Position numbers and translations under genes: made by a program. Shown here piece by piece: positions 12,301-28,400 of a stretch of 64,000 nucleotides of DNA. The notes under the pieces are model-generated. The model worked only from the letters and a program-made list of their open reading frames with translations. It made no database searches and had not been told where the DNA came from. Every line of letters starts with the position of its first letter. Positions within the stretch are counted from its first letter, which is position 1. Source of the DNA: Amoeboaphelidium protococcarum X5 (lineage: Eukaryota > Fungi > Aphelidiomycota); assembly GCA_023515725.1 (NCBI GenBank), contig JALDTO010000247.1:124001-188000 (forward strand). The letters run 5' to 3'.

Positions 12301-14290
12301 TACTTCAAGAATCTCAGGGTGATCTGTTGAAATTACCGTGTTTAGCTCAAAACCTGTTCAAAACAACAGATCTCATGTCAGCGCGGTAAGAGTGATTGTA
12401 CTGAGCTGCAATAAGGTTCAGCAGTAAGCGAATAGAGTGCGTAAACATATTATCAAACTGGAACTGTATTACCGCTCCTTTCCAAGAATCTCAGGGTGAT
12501 CTGTTGAAAAATACCGGTTTTGACTGAGAACCTGTTGAAAACAACAGATCTCATGTCAGCGCGGTAAGAGTGATTGTATTGAGCTGCAATAAAATTCCAC
12601 AGAAGGAGAATAGAGTCCGTCAAGATAATTTCCACCTGAAATTGATATACCGCTCCTTTCCAAGAATCTCAGGGTGATCTGTTGAAATTACCGTTTTTAG
12701 CTCAAAACCTGTTGAAAACAACAGATCTCATGTCAGCGCGGTAAGAGTGATTGTATTGAGCTGCAATAAAATTCCACAGAAGGAGAATAGAGTGCGTAAA
12801 CATATTATCAAACTGGAACTGTATTACCGCTCCTTTCCAAGAATCTCAGGGTGATCTGTTGAAAAATACCGGGTTTGACTGAGAACCTGTTGAAAACAAC
12901 AGATCTCATGTCAGCACGGTGATAGTGACTGTACTGAGCTGCAATAAAATTCCACAGAAGGAGAATAGAGTGCGTAAACATATTATCAAACTGGAACTGT
13001 ATTACAGCTCCTTTCCAAATATCTCAGGGTGATCTGTTGAAAAATACCGGTTTTGACTGAGAACCTGTTGAAAACAACAGATCTCATGTCAGCGCGGTAA
13101 GAGTGATTGTATTGAGCTGCAATAAAGTTCAGCAGTAAGCGAATAGAGGGCGTAAACATATTATCAAACTGGAACTGTATTACCGCTCTACTTCAAAGAT
13201 CTCAGGGTGATCTGTTGAAAAATACCGGTTTTGACTGAGAACCTGTTGAAAACAACAGATCTCATGTCAGCGCGGTAAGATTGATTGTACTGAGCTGCAA
13301 TAAGGTTCAGCAGTAAGCGAATAGAGTGCGTAAACATATTATCAAACTGGAACTGTATTACCGCTCCTTTCCAAGAATCTCAGGGTGATCTGTTGAAAAA
13401 TACCGGTTTTGACTGAGAACCTGTTGAAAACAACAGATCTCATGTCAGCGCGGTAAGAGTGATTGTATTGAGCTGCAATAAAATTCCACAGAAGGAGAAT
13501 AGAGTGCGTAAACATATTATCAAACTGGAACTGTATTACCGCTCCTTTCCAAGAATCTCAGGGTGATCTGTTGAAATTACCGTTTTTAGCTCAAAACCTG
13601 TTCAAAACAACAGATCTCATGTCAGCGCGGTAAGATTGATTGTACTGAGCTGCAATAAGGTTCAGCAGTAAGCGAATAGAGTGCGTAAACATATTATCAA
13701 ACTGGAACTGAATTATAGCTCTACTTCAAGGATCTCAGGGTGATCTGTTGAAAAATACCGGTTTTGACTGAGAACCTGTTGAAAACAACAGATCTCATGT
13801 CAGCACGGTAAGAGTGATTGTATTGAGCTGCAATAAAATTCCACAGAAGGAGAATAGAGTCCGTCAAGATAATTTCCACCTGAAATTGATATACCGCTCC
13901 TTTCCAAGAATCTCAGGGTGATCTGTTGAAATTACCGTTTTTAGCTCAAAACCTGTTGAAAACAACAGATCTCATGTCAGCGCGGTAAGAGTGACTGTAT
14001 TGAGCTGCAATAAAGTTCAGCAGTAAGCGAACAGAGTGCGTAAACATATTATCAAACTGGAACTGTATTACCGCTCCTTTCCAAGAATCTCAGGGTGATC
14101 TGTTGAAAAATACCGGTTTTGACTGAGAACCTGTTGAAAACAACAGATCTCATGTCAGCGCGCTGAGAGTGACTGTACTGGTCTGCAATAAAGTTCAGAA
14201 GTAAGCGCACACGTTTTAAAAATGTGTTATTGAACCATAGTTGGATTTACTAACTTTCTGATGCGCATCAGGGTGATCTGTTTAATACCA
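9339..14290. repeat. Tandem satellite array, 177/178-bp monomer, ~27 full copies plus partial or degenerate ends
   Basis: The anchor CAGGGTGATCTGTT recurs 28 times (9478, 9656, 9834, 10011 ... 14091, 14269) with 177 or 178 bp spacing; the consensus 177-bp monomer has TGA in all six frames. Confidence 0.98.
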
Positions 14291-14611
14291 CAGACTATTA
14301 CATTGACTATCAACCAGATAAGACTGTCGCGATGGAAATCGGTTTCAATGTTTAAGTATTAGCTTTGAAAAAACAGCAGATTTAAAAATTAAGCTATAAA
14401 GTAGCTTCTTGATTATTTACGATTGAGAAGACCAGAAGTCAAGTTATGCGTTATCCACCGTAAACCGATCGCCCTTACTAAACTCTCTCTGTGTTTAGCC
14501 TTTGCTCGTCCAACATCTGAATTGAATTTTTTTCCTTTCATGATTGCTGAATATTAAATTGCTCTTCTATACCCTCTAGCAGACTAAGTATTAATAATTT
14601 ACATAAGTAGT

Positions 14612-18637
<4,026 letters not shown>

Positions 18638-18778
18638 TTACTTTTTTAAATATAATCTTTTGGAAGTGAGTTATTGTCTGCATGTTTAAACGATTATCTT
18701 CTCTTGGGCTCTTTTGATCGTCGCGTATTTAATGCTCGTAGAGTTTTTTCATCTACAACGATTGATACTAGATTTGAA

Positions 18779-19267
18779 ATGCATCTTTATTTATTGCTGC
18801 TTATCTTTTCGGTAGTGCATTTCGCGTCAGGAATTCCGCAAGATGGATCCATTCAATATGATATTATAAATTATCGTGTAATTCCGAGTAAGTATGGGTA
18901 AAACTTATTTCTGCCTAGACAGTTTGCGTTCCGTCTACCTGATGTGGTTGAAGTGCAGGGGGTTGATTGTAAGCGAGCAGGATATCGCTTAAATGAAGTG
19001 CGCCTCTAAATCAACATGCTGATTCTCAACGGTTAATAATATCGCGTCGTATACAGCCCTATTGGTTGTAAGCAGTCTACAGTATACCTCGAACTAGATC
19101 AGGGACCAAGTTTCGCGCCGCCTTTGGATGGTCAGATTCGAGGCATATAGACCCTGACATTTTTCTTGAGATCTGATGTTGGTGGATAGGCTTTGTTCTC
19201 AACCATCGATGGACGCATTGAACGGGCGCGTTATCCTTTCAGTCTGATAAGTCAATAAAGACATTGA
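18779..19267 (+). CDS. Small secreted orphan protein, ~162 aa
   Basis: Signal-peptide-like MHLYLLLLIFSVVHFASG; open frame to TGA 19265-19267 under TAR=Gln; two Cys. Confidence 0.7.
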
Positions 19268-19543
19268 TATTGTCGGAAATGATTTAATGAATTTATGATG
19301 AGTAAAAGTTCTACTTCTACTGTGCACACTGAGTATATATTAGCTCTTTGGATCATGATTAACGATCCGTGGGAACGCGTGCCAGTTTAATCGCCGACGC
19401 GTTTCTGCCAGTTATTGTTTCTTCGTTTGTTGAAGAGACTTTGTTTCCCTCAAATCATCTTTTATTTTGTGTGTCTTCTTTAGTAAAAATCCTTTGTGTC
19501 AACCACAGTTAATTACATTACATTACGTTTTATCGTGAATAAT

Positions 19544-21565
19544 ATGCGGAGAAGATAGAAATCTGGATAATAAAATACTTAGCATACACTGACAAATGTG
19601 GCTTCGGAGAATGTGAATGAGTATCGCCCACAAATCATTCGATCCTCTGGCTGGCTCAAAATGTTCATAGCCCTCTCATGTGTACGGTGTGCCATGTCGA
19701 TCATGATGCCTATTCTGTCCGACTGCGATGAAGTTTTCAACTACTGGGAGCCTAGTCATTACTTGAATTATGGTCATGCCTTCCAGACTTGGGAATATGC
19801 ACCATAATACGCCATTCGCTCTTGGTTCTATGTCGCGATCCACTCTGCAGTAATTCATATGTTTAAGTTGTTGATGTTATCTAAAGTATCTCAGTTCTAT
19901 GCTCTTAGATGCGTTCTATGTATCATGAGCAGCTTTAGCGAAACAATGCTGTATTAGTCAGTCAGGTCAAATATAAGTCCATAGATTGCCAAGTATATGA
20001 TTGCCTTATCAGTGCTCTCTCCTGGGATGTATATCGCCACCTCCGCTTACCTGCCTTCATCTTTTGCCATGTATACTACGGCTTTAGCATTCGCTCAGCT
20101 TTTCAAGTCGTACGGCTTATAATCTATGGCTCTTACCAACTCTATAAGTCTGACTAATCCGTTTAAAGCTATTGGTATTCCTATTCTGATCATTGCGTGT
20201 GGTGCTATAATTGGCTGGCCATTCAGTGGACTTGTCGCTGTGCCATTTGTATTTGAGGAGCTATTCGTAAGGTCACTTCAGTCTGGTAATACTATTGTTG
20301 TGTTTGCAAGGCGTCTTTTAATGGTGGTTTATAGTTCTGTGGTATCGCTTCTAGTTATACTGGTTCCTTTGATATTATTTGATGCTGCGTTCTATAGAAA
20401 GATTGTAGTAGTGCCATTGAATATCGTCTTATATAATGTGTTTAATACATCAAAATCTACGGCCGATGGAGGTCCGAATATTTATGGAACTGAGCCTTGG
20501 GATTTCTATTTGAAGAATGGTTTCCTTAATTTTAATCTGGCCTTTATCGCTGCCCTGATGAGTGTTGTTGTTCTGTGTATCACTTCCATGGTTGCTTTTA
20601 AAACTTTAGTCTCCGCGATTAACGTTTCTTTTCTGGCTTCTTCCAATGGGCGTCCGTTCATATCTCTTTTATTCAAGCTGCTCCCCATGTACTTGTGGAT
20701 GCTGGTATTCTCTGCTCAACCTCATAAAGAGGAGAGATTTCTGTTTGTGATATATCCCCTGATTAGTCTATCAGCGGCGATTTGTCTGTGTCTTTGTAAA
20801 TAGTTGCTCATTCATGTATTATAGAATCATAAAAGATCCACATCCTAGTCCTCTGTTGATCGTATAATGCTTAGGTTGCCCAAATTGGTGATATTCATCG
20901 TGATTTCCACCTACGCTTGTCTAAGTTTGTCCAGAATCTACGCTCTTCATAAGCACTATGGCTCGGCGATTGAGATTTATTCTGTGCTCAGAAATTATCC
21001 AAATGTCATCAATGCTAAAGATATAAAGTAATAAACACTCTGCCTTGACTCTGAGTGGTATAGATTTCCTTCCCATTATCTCCTTCCAGAGAATATGAAT
21101 GTTAGATGGCTAGATTCTGATTTTGATGGACAATTGCCTGCTCACTTCGAATCTCCTAATTTGTAATTGGACTCTTAGAATGCGCTATTGTCGTGGCTTT
21201 AGAATAGACCGGGAACGTTTACAGCCAAAGCATCTTTTAATGATAGGAACTAGAAAGTTTTGGATAGATTTGGCAAAAAATCATAGTGTGATTTCTATAT
21301 TCGATACAATTCGTATGAAGGCTTGATTCAAGACGATAAGGCAAGTAAATAGCATTCAAGTCTTGCATTGAAAATTTACGTCACACTGGCGGATGGAAGC
21401 TCTCTCCGGTACTAGTCCAAGGTGTGTCTTCCATTTCTAGATGCAGAGGCCACCGAGAGTGTATGGGCGAGATCATTTTATCTACCATAATTGAGATCTA
21501 ATTCAATGCAATAGTGGCATTTTAAAAAGCGATATGGTGAATATTGTCTCTATTCCATGCATTGA
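19544..21565 (+). CDS. ALG9: Alpha-1,2-mannosyltransferase ALG9 (GT22), ~673 aa
   Basis: SDCDEVFNYWEP, FQTWEYAP(Q)YAIRSW, GPNIYGTEPW, QPHKEERFLFVIYP, EWYRFPSHY. Confidence 0.95.
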
Positions 21566-22003
21566 GTAAGTTAGGAGATTCTGGATGTAACATTTGAAAA
21601 TACTTCATGTGCATCTGCTTCATTACTGTATACTCCGTAGACGAAGATTTATTCGTTGAATGCTGTTTCAAATAGAGATAAGGAAGGTTGTAGTTTTGAA
21701 TTTATAATCTTTAGTCACCAGGAATAAAATAGATGGATGAAAGTGTAAGCTGGAAAATGCTTGTTCAAATATATGCACTTGCCACGTTGCTTTAAATAGG
21801 CTTAGTAGCAGAGCGTATTGTAGACCGTTTCAGAAGATGTTTTCGTTTCATCCTTTTCTCTCTCTCTCCGCGATTTCTTTCGTCTTTGTTCACAAACTGT
21901 GCGCGCGTCTTTCAATTAGACTCTTCTCTCTTTGTTCCATTAACTACATTATTATAGTCCATACAACATTTGAATAGTGACTTCATACAGACAGTTAAGT
22001 GGT

Positions 22004-25000
22004 ATGTAAAATTAGTTTATTCTTGCCGAGTCTGATGACTTGCTTCCACTGAATCAGTAGTCATAATAGTTGTACTCATAGTAATAAGACAGTCAGCTCA
22101 AGTCGGAGAATCCTCTGCGGACGAGTCAATTGCAGTAGACAGACAGTCTATTTAGTTTGAATAGCTTCTTCAGTGCTGAGAACAGGTAGTAATAGTAACG
22201 TAACGCCAGTGATGATTTTAGACAGAGTGGCGGATAGCTTAATGTACCTACTGATTTGTAATCATTGCATGAAAGTGATCTCGTGATGGATTCCCATTAA
22301 CCAGCAGCGGATACTCAGCATAAGACTCTGCGTGAATAAGAGCAGTTGATTGATCAGTTGAAGAAGGAGAATTTCTCTTTAAAAGTAAAGCTGTATCATA
22401 AGGACCGTGATGATGCGAGTAATCCTCCTGGCCTAGGAAGCTCTGCTAATGGTTCAAGAGACTTTTAACCTCAACGCTCCAATAATTCTGTTGGCAATAA
22501 TAATAATCAAGGCGGTACAACCCATTCTAACATTATTGATACTAAAAAACAAGAAGAGTTACTTCGTCTTTAAAGGAAGATTAGGGAGATGGAGTAGGAG
22601 ATGGAGCTTAAGAAGCAGAGTGAACAGAAGTTGTTTGAAGTGAATCAAGTTCTATCGTAGAGAGCTGTTGAGATTGAGCATTTATGCGGCGAGAACGAGT
22701 CTTTGAAGTTGCAGATAAAGTCTCTGGAATAGCAATAAGAGCAACTTGAGCTATAGAATCGGAGTTTATCTTATTCTTAGTAGCAATCTCAAAGTGTTCA
22801 ATAATAGTAGAATACGTCTTAATCTTAGCCGTAATAAATGTTTAACGCTGGTCGATCTTCTAGTCAACTGTCTATGAATTAGAATTTGCCTGAACAGTCG
22901 TCATTTCACTCTATCATTCCAAATACGTAGCTGGAGTAAGGCATTAATATGCTCAGAGATTAAATCTCGTAACTGAAGTTATAGTTAATTGAGTCCACGT
23001 CGAAAGGAGATTATTTAATAAATGAGTTGGAGCAGAAGAGTTAGAATCATTAGAGATCCATCAGACAACTCTATGAGTAGTTCACTGTGGATGAAGAGAA
23101 ATACAAAAGAGTTATTACCTAGCTGCGTAATGAGTTGAACTTGAAGTAGAATGAGATTTCACATTTGACATCGCAGTTGGATTAGACTGTGCGCAGTAAA
23201 TCGTATGAGGAGTCGTCGCAGAGTGTTGAGATTGAGAAGCGATCTAGGGAGTTGGAGCAGTACAGAGTTAGATTAAAGTCGAGTGAAGCTGAGAAGGATA
23301 AGCTGATGATAAAAGTTCACGCTGTAGAAGTTGAATGTGAAGAGAAGCGATCATTGGTTGAGCAGCTTACAAGATAGCTTGAGAATAAATCCAGGGAGTG
23401 CTAGGATCTCTCTAATCAGACAGTATAAATTCAAGATTAAAGTAAGAAAGTTGCCGCCTCTTAGACCAAGCAAGTTTAGGATCTCAGTGCGTTGGTAAAG
23501 ATGAAGGATGCAGAAATCGCTGCAATGAAAGAGTAAATTCACAGTCTGAAATCAAAGATTAATCAACTTGAAGATGGTTACCAGACTTAGTCGAAATCAG
23601 TTCAGAGAGAGTAGGAAGAGATTAGGAAGGAATTGAATTTGTAGATTGAAAGATTCCAGATCAAATCTTCAGAGCAGAGTTCTGAATTGTCGATATTGAG
23701 AAAGGAGAAGCAATAATTAAAGCAGTCGATGGAGTAAGTTCTCATTGGGAATGAAGAAAAGATGGAGAAGGTTCTTGAGGAATAGAAATTGCTGCAACAG
23801 GATTTGAGTACGATGCTGCATGAGAATGAATCCCTGCGTAAAGACCTGAAGTCGGTCGAGAGTCAGTGCAACTAGGCCAAGAAGGATAAATAAGGTTGTG
23901 AAGATTAGATGCGCGAAATGAAAGTCTAAATGGAAAAGTATAGTGATTAGGTGATCGAGTACAAGTGTAAAATTGATAAGCTCAAGACTAACTTGTAAGC
24001 TAAAGAATCTGAACTGAATCAGCGGATAACTTAGATGTAAGATTTGAATTTGCGCCTGGCTCAGCTTTAAAAGCATATGCTGTCGGACAATGAGGTGACC
24101 AAACATTTGGAAGATTAGTATCTGGTCGCGATAGAGGAGAAGGACAAATTTCTGATTGAGTTAAATTCACTGATTGATATCACTATTGCGGAGTTTGATG
24201 TGGGTGCTATGAAGAGATTTGATTCACTTGGTGTCATTAATCCGTCAAAAGACTTTGCCAAGTTCTCGGCACAGCTCAAGTCCAAGTGCGATCTAGTGAA
24301 TAGCTTTACTTCGCGCCTAAGGAGTGATGTTGACGGTTTTCACAGTAAATTCCAGCGTGATATTGCAGCTCTGTACAAGAGATTGGATAGGAAGCTGGCC
24401 CAGATGGACAAATTTGAAGGCATCGTCCAGGATGCGGTTGCTGTATAGCGAAAGTTGAAATAGAAATTGAGAGAAAGTTAGAATGAATGTAGTCTATTTA
24501 AGTCTCAGGTTGATAGTGGTAGGTAGAAGATTACCGATTTAACGCAGAAGCTTCATACGAAAGAGTCGGATCTTCTTATTCACAGCACGATGGAAAAGTC
24601 TAAATTTGCTCAGATTGATGCTCAACTGTTAGATTGCAGGAATTAGCTGCGTTTGAAAGAGAATGAGCTGATGTTATTGAATGATGAGCTGCAGTAGATG
24701 AGGGAGTCCAAGAGTCGCGATTACTAAAAGCTGCAGCAAGATTTAAAATCAGTAGAACATGAATTGAACTTGTCCAAGTCCGAGTTGCAGATAAAGTAGA
24801 GAGAAATCAGATCGTTATAGAAACTGCTGGAGGAAGCGCAGAAGAGTAATTATCAGCACTCTTCCAATTAGTATGATATCGTGAGACTGAATGAAGAACT
24901 GTAGCGAGATGTTGACAGACTTAGGTAGTAATCCACACGGTCTTAAACTGTCGTCAATGACAAGAATGGTGGTACAAGCGGTGCAGATTATGATCGCCTC

Positions 25001-25222
25001 CTCAAGGATTATTAAAATCTGAAGCGAAAGTTGGAGAAGAGGGAGCAAATGATTGGCATGGCCTTGTCTAAGCTGGAATTGGTCAATACTCGGCGCGACT
25101 CTGTTCAAGCGGCCATTCTGAATCAGTTTTCAGATGAGGTTCGCAACATGATGGCTGCGTCCACTAATATCACTCCTCAAACTGATACTGCTAATAATAA
25201 CAATAATTAAAATCGTTTATGA
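22004..25222 (+). CDS. Centrosomin-motif-1 (CM1/Cnn_1N) coiled-coil MTOC protein, Mto1/ApsB/CDK5RAP2-like, ~1072 aa
   Basis: TLRE(Q)EQLIDQLKKENFSLKVKLY at ~22325-22400 matches the CM1 motif, followed by a long E/K/Q-rich coiled coil; upstream in-frame TGA at 21971, terminal TGA at 25220-25222. Confidence 0.8.
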
Positions 25223-25495
25223 ATGAAGTATTGTATCTCAATAGCTGTTTTTTTTACTACGGAGATTAGTTGATAAAGGTTTTAATCTTTAAGCCAGCCC
25301 TCCACTTGGATTGTGCGCTTTATGATGAGGATAAAAATAGCCTTTGCCCAATGTCTCGACATGGTTTATATTTATATACCTGAAATTACCTTTCTTCATA
25401 TAAGTTTATTCTCACCATTATATATCAAGGTAGTAGTTGTTGCGAGACATATAATAATAAAACTAAGAGAGACTGAAGAGAAACTCCAACTTGCC

Positions 25496-28400
25496 ATGTT
25501 CAAACGTTAATCAATCGCAAAAGACAATGATGTAGTAAGTATTGTTGTGGACGACGCAGATTCGCCAAGCTATAGTTAAAATTAAAATCACGACAACTCT
25601 GGTAATTTATCGCCGTCCATCATAGTAAGTAATGAGGATTTCGGGAATTAAAATATATTTTCAGTAAGTGATAGAGATGCTGCTTATTCTGCTGACAATG
25701 TGATTCAAGTTGTGACTGAAGTCAAAGGCAAAACCAATCTGTTACCGCTGGCGAAGTCATAAGAAGTGTTGCGCAGTAATTCTACCAAATCACCTCGCTC
25801 CCGTCTATCAGTGTCGATTATTGTAAACTCACAGTCAGATGAGCATGATATAGATGCAATCCTTACGGCGAGTCCTACCCAGGCGGCGACACCTCCAGCT
25901 AGAAGATTGAGTTTTTTGAGAAGTCGGTCCCACTCTAGCGCTGCAAAGTTGGACTCACCAACACTCGGATTTTAGTCGGATTCTCTGCGCGGTTCGCCAT
26001 CACAGTAATCTATTGCTAGCACTTCAATGAAATCTGGAATAACTTCTAGAGATCAATTACCATTAGCGGTGAAGAAATCAGATTCTCTCCGCTTGCGCGG
26101 GAGTTCACTTATGGTTAATGGTGGCACTGGCTCTAACTAGCGCGGACCTTCCGAGGAAGATCAAAGTGTCGCTGATCCGTCAAAGAGGTCCCTAAGTGTA
26201 TTTGGACTATCTTTGGGTTCTGGATAGTCGCATTCACGATTAAATCCTACGTCTATGCTATCTTTGAGCACAATGAGTAGTGCTGATTCTTCGTATACTT
26301 AAGGAGATACGTCCTCACACGCCGCCGCTGCCCGTCCTCGTAAGAATTAAATGGCTCATAAGCAATCACTGACTGCCGAGGAAATCAAGTATATTATGGA
26401 AATGAACGCGAAGATGGCGCCGTTGGAGGGTAATTAAGCGGATTTTGAGAATACTTTGAAGAATATTCAGTCGCATATTGGTAAAGGGATAGTGTCAGAT
26501 ATTCAAAAGCTGGGTATTTCTTTGTGCTTGGGTATTCCTACCTTGTCAATGTATCTACTGACATTTTGCGTTGAGCGAAATATACATCCTCTATGGTTCT
26601 TCTTGTCTGATTTGCGTCAATACAGATGGGAATTTGCTAGTATCAATAATAAGAATAAAAGATAGAAATTGGCTTAGAAATTGTATGATCTCTATCTGTC
26701 CGAGGATAATGCCTTCTATGTCAGATAATGTCTTCCTTAGCAATTTAGTGGTCGAGATCGCACTTTCTCTGCAATGATAAAGTACATAGACGATCATTTG
26801 AAACAGCCCACTGGCTCCATATTTTTCGACATTGAGATCCTCGTATTCAAGTATATGGAGGTATTGTTCGGTGGCCGTGATTTCCATAAGGATGTGTCAT
26901 CTGCGTAATCACCTAAATCAGTAGATGGCAAGGCTGATGTATTTTTAACAAGTGCGCAGTATCAATGTTTGAAGAGTGATTTAGGTGATGCCACTGTACT
27001 GACTGTTGATCATTTGGTACGATCTATTCAGAGATTGCTTGATCTGCCATCCTAAATACTAACAGAGTTTGGTGAGAAAATTGTAAATTATTTGGATTCT
27101 CTGTAGGTGGATTGGAAATCATATCCAAATGCGTCAGTTTTATCAGCCACACCAGCGTAATCTTAATTAATGGGTAGACGTGCCAGGAAGAATAGTGTTA
27201 GTAATCAGCGTCCAGAGGGAAGTTTCCTCTCGCTGGCGGCTCATCATGCTGAGTAGAAATTATTTGGTGGTGGCTCATCGCTCGCTTTTAATCAGACTGG
27301 TAGCGGTGGCGCTAACTAATCAGCTTCCGCATATGGTCATAGTACATCAGACAGAGATTAGCACCCCTTTGTAAAGACTCAGAAGCAGGTCAAGTAGTTT
27401 TGTGAGTATTGCTTCAAGGCGTTTGATACTTCATCATCCATGTCTGATGCTAGCAACTGCTCTTATACTTGTGAGATATGTCAGTATGTCGCGCATAAGA
27501 ATTGTAAAGGTCACGTTGGAATAAGTTGTGTACCTTGTGAGCATTATGAAGGTGATCATGACCAGTTAGAGAGTATGTCGCTGTATGGACGAATTTAATA
27601 GCTCTCGGAACGATATCACTTACTGGCGAAAGAGATATAGGTGTGCAAGGATATGATCACTGGGTTCAACAAGATCAATGCCGCACAATTGTCAGACAGT
27701 GGCTTCTTTAAGACTCCTGGGAATCTTGGAGGTGCGAAATCCAATGTTAATCTCGCCCAGTCTACTGGAATAGATAAAATGGAGAGGAAGAAGTTGTATT
27801 TGGGAAACGAGTAGCATAAAGTGCTTATAAAGCTTGCCTGCTTGGTATGCTAGTTACCCAAGAGAGATTTTTAATATTCTGACTAGAGCTCTCTAGCCTT
27901 TGAGACTGTTAAGAGCTTGGGTAAACTTGTTGAGGATTTACCGAATTCCATCGCTATTCCCATAAGTGTTGACTAAGATTTGATGATAAATGTTCAGGTT
28001 AAAGCAGCCAAAAATCTTGTGGTTGCCGCTCATTAAGAAGTTGGCGATGTTGTAAAGGACTTTGTTAGTAAATCAAGTCTGCCTATTGATCCGTTTACAT
28101 GCACTCTCAGTTTTACTGCGACAGATGGAGTTTCTAGAGAGCTTCGCCCATAAGATCGTCCGCTCATGGTGAAGTATTTGCTACCGGATTCCGTATTCAC
28201 TCTCAAAGAAATGTAGAGCACTAACCTCAGCAAGGACTCGTATTCTCTCGCTGATACTCAGGACACCCAGGCTAGACTATCTGGTAAGCGAAGAGCGATT
28301 CTTGACGAGTTTATCGATATGGAAAGTGGATATGCGAAGAATCTCAAGGATGCCGTGCAGAAACTCTTGGAACCTCTGCGATAATCTGAAGTTGTTCCTT

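Noticed and set aside
9216-12635. Protein-coding tandem repeat (177 is divisible by 3; ORF-track hits at 9216, 9897 and 12453)
   Set aside because: All six frames of the consensus 177-bp monomer contain TGA, and the 178-bp units shift the frame.
9339-14290. CRISPR array (constant blocks alternating with variable blocks)
   Set aside because: Eukaryotic context, no cas genes, and the variable blocks have only 2-3 recurring alleles rather than unique spacers.
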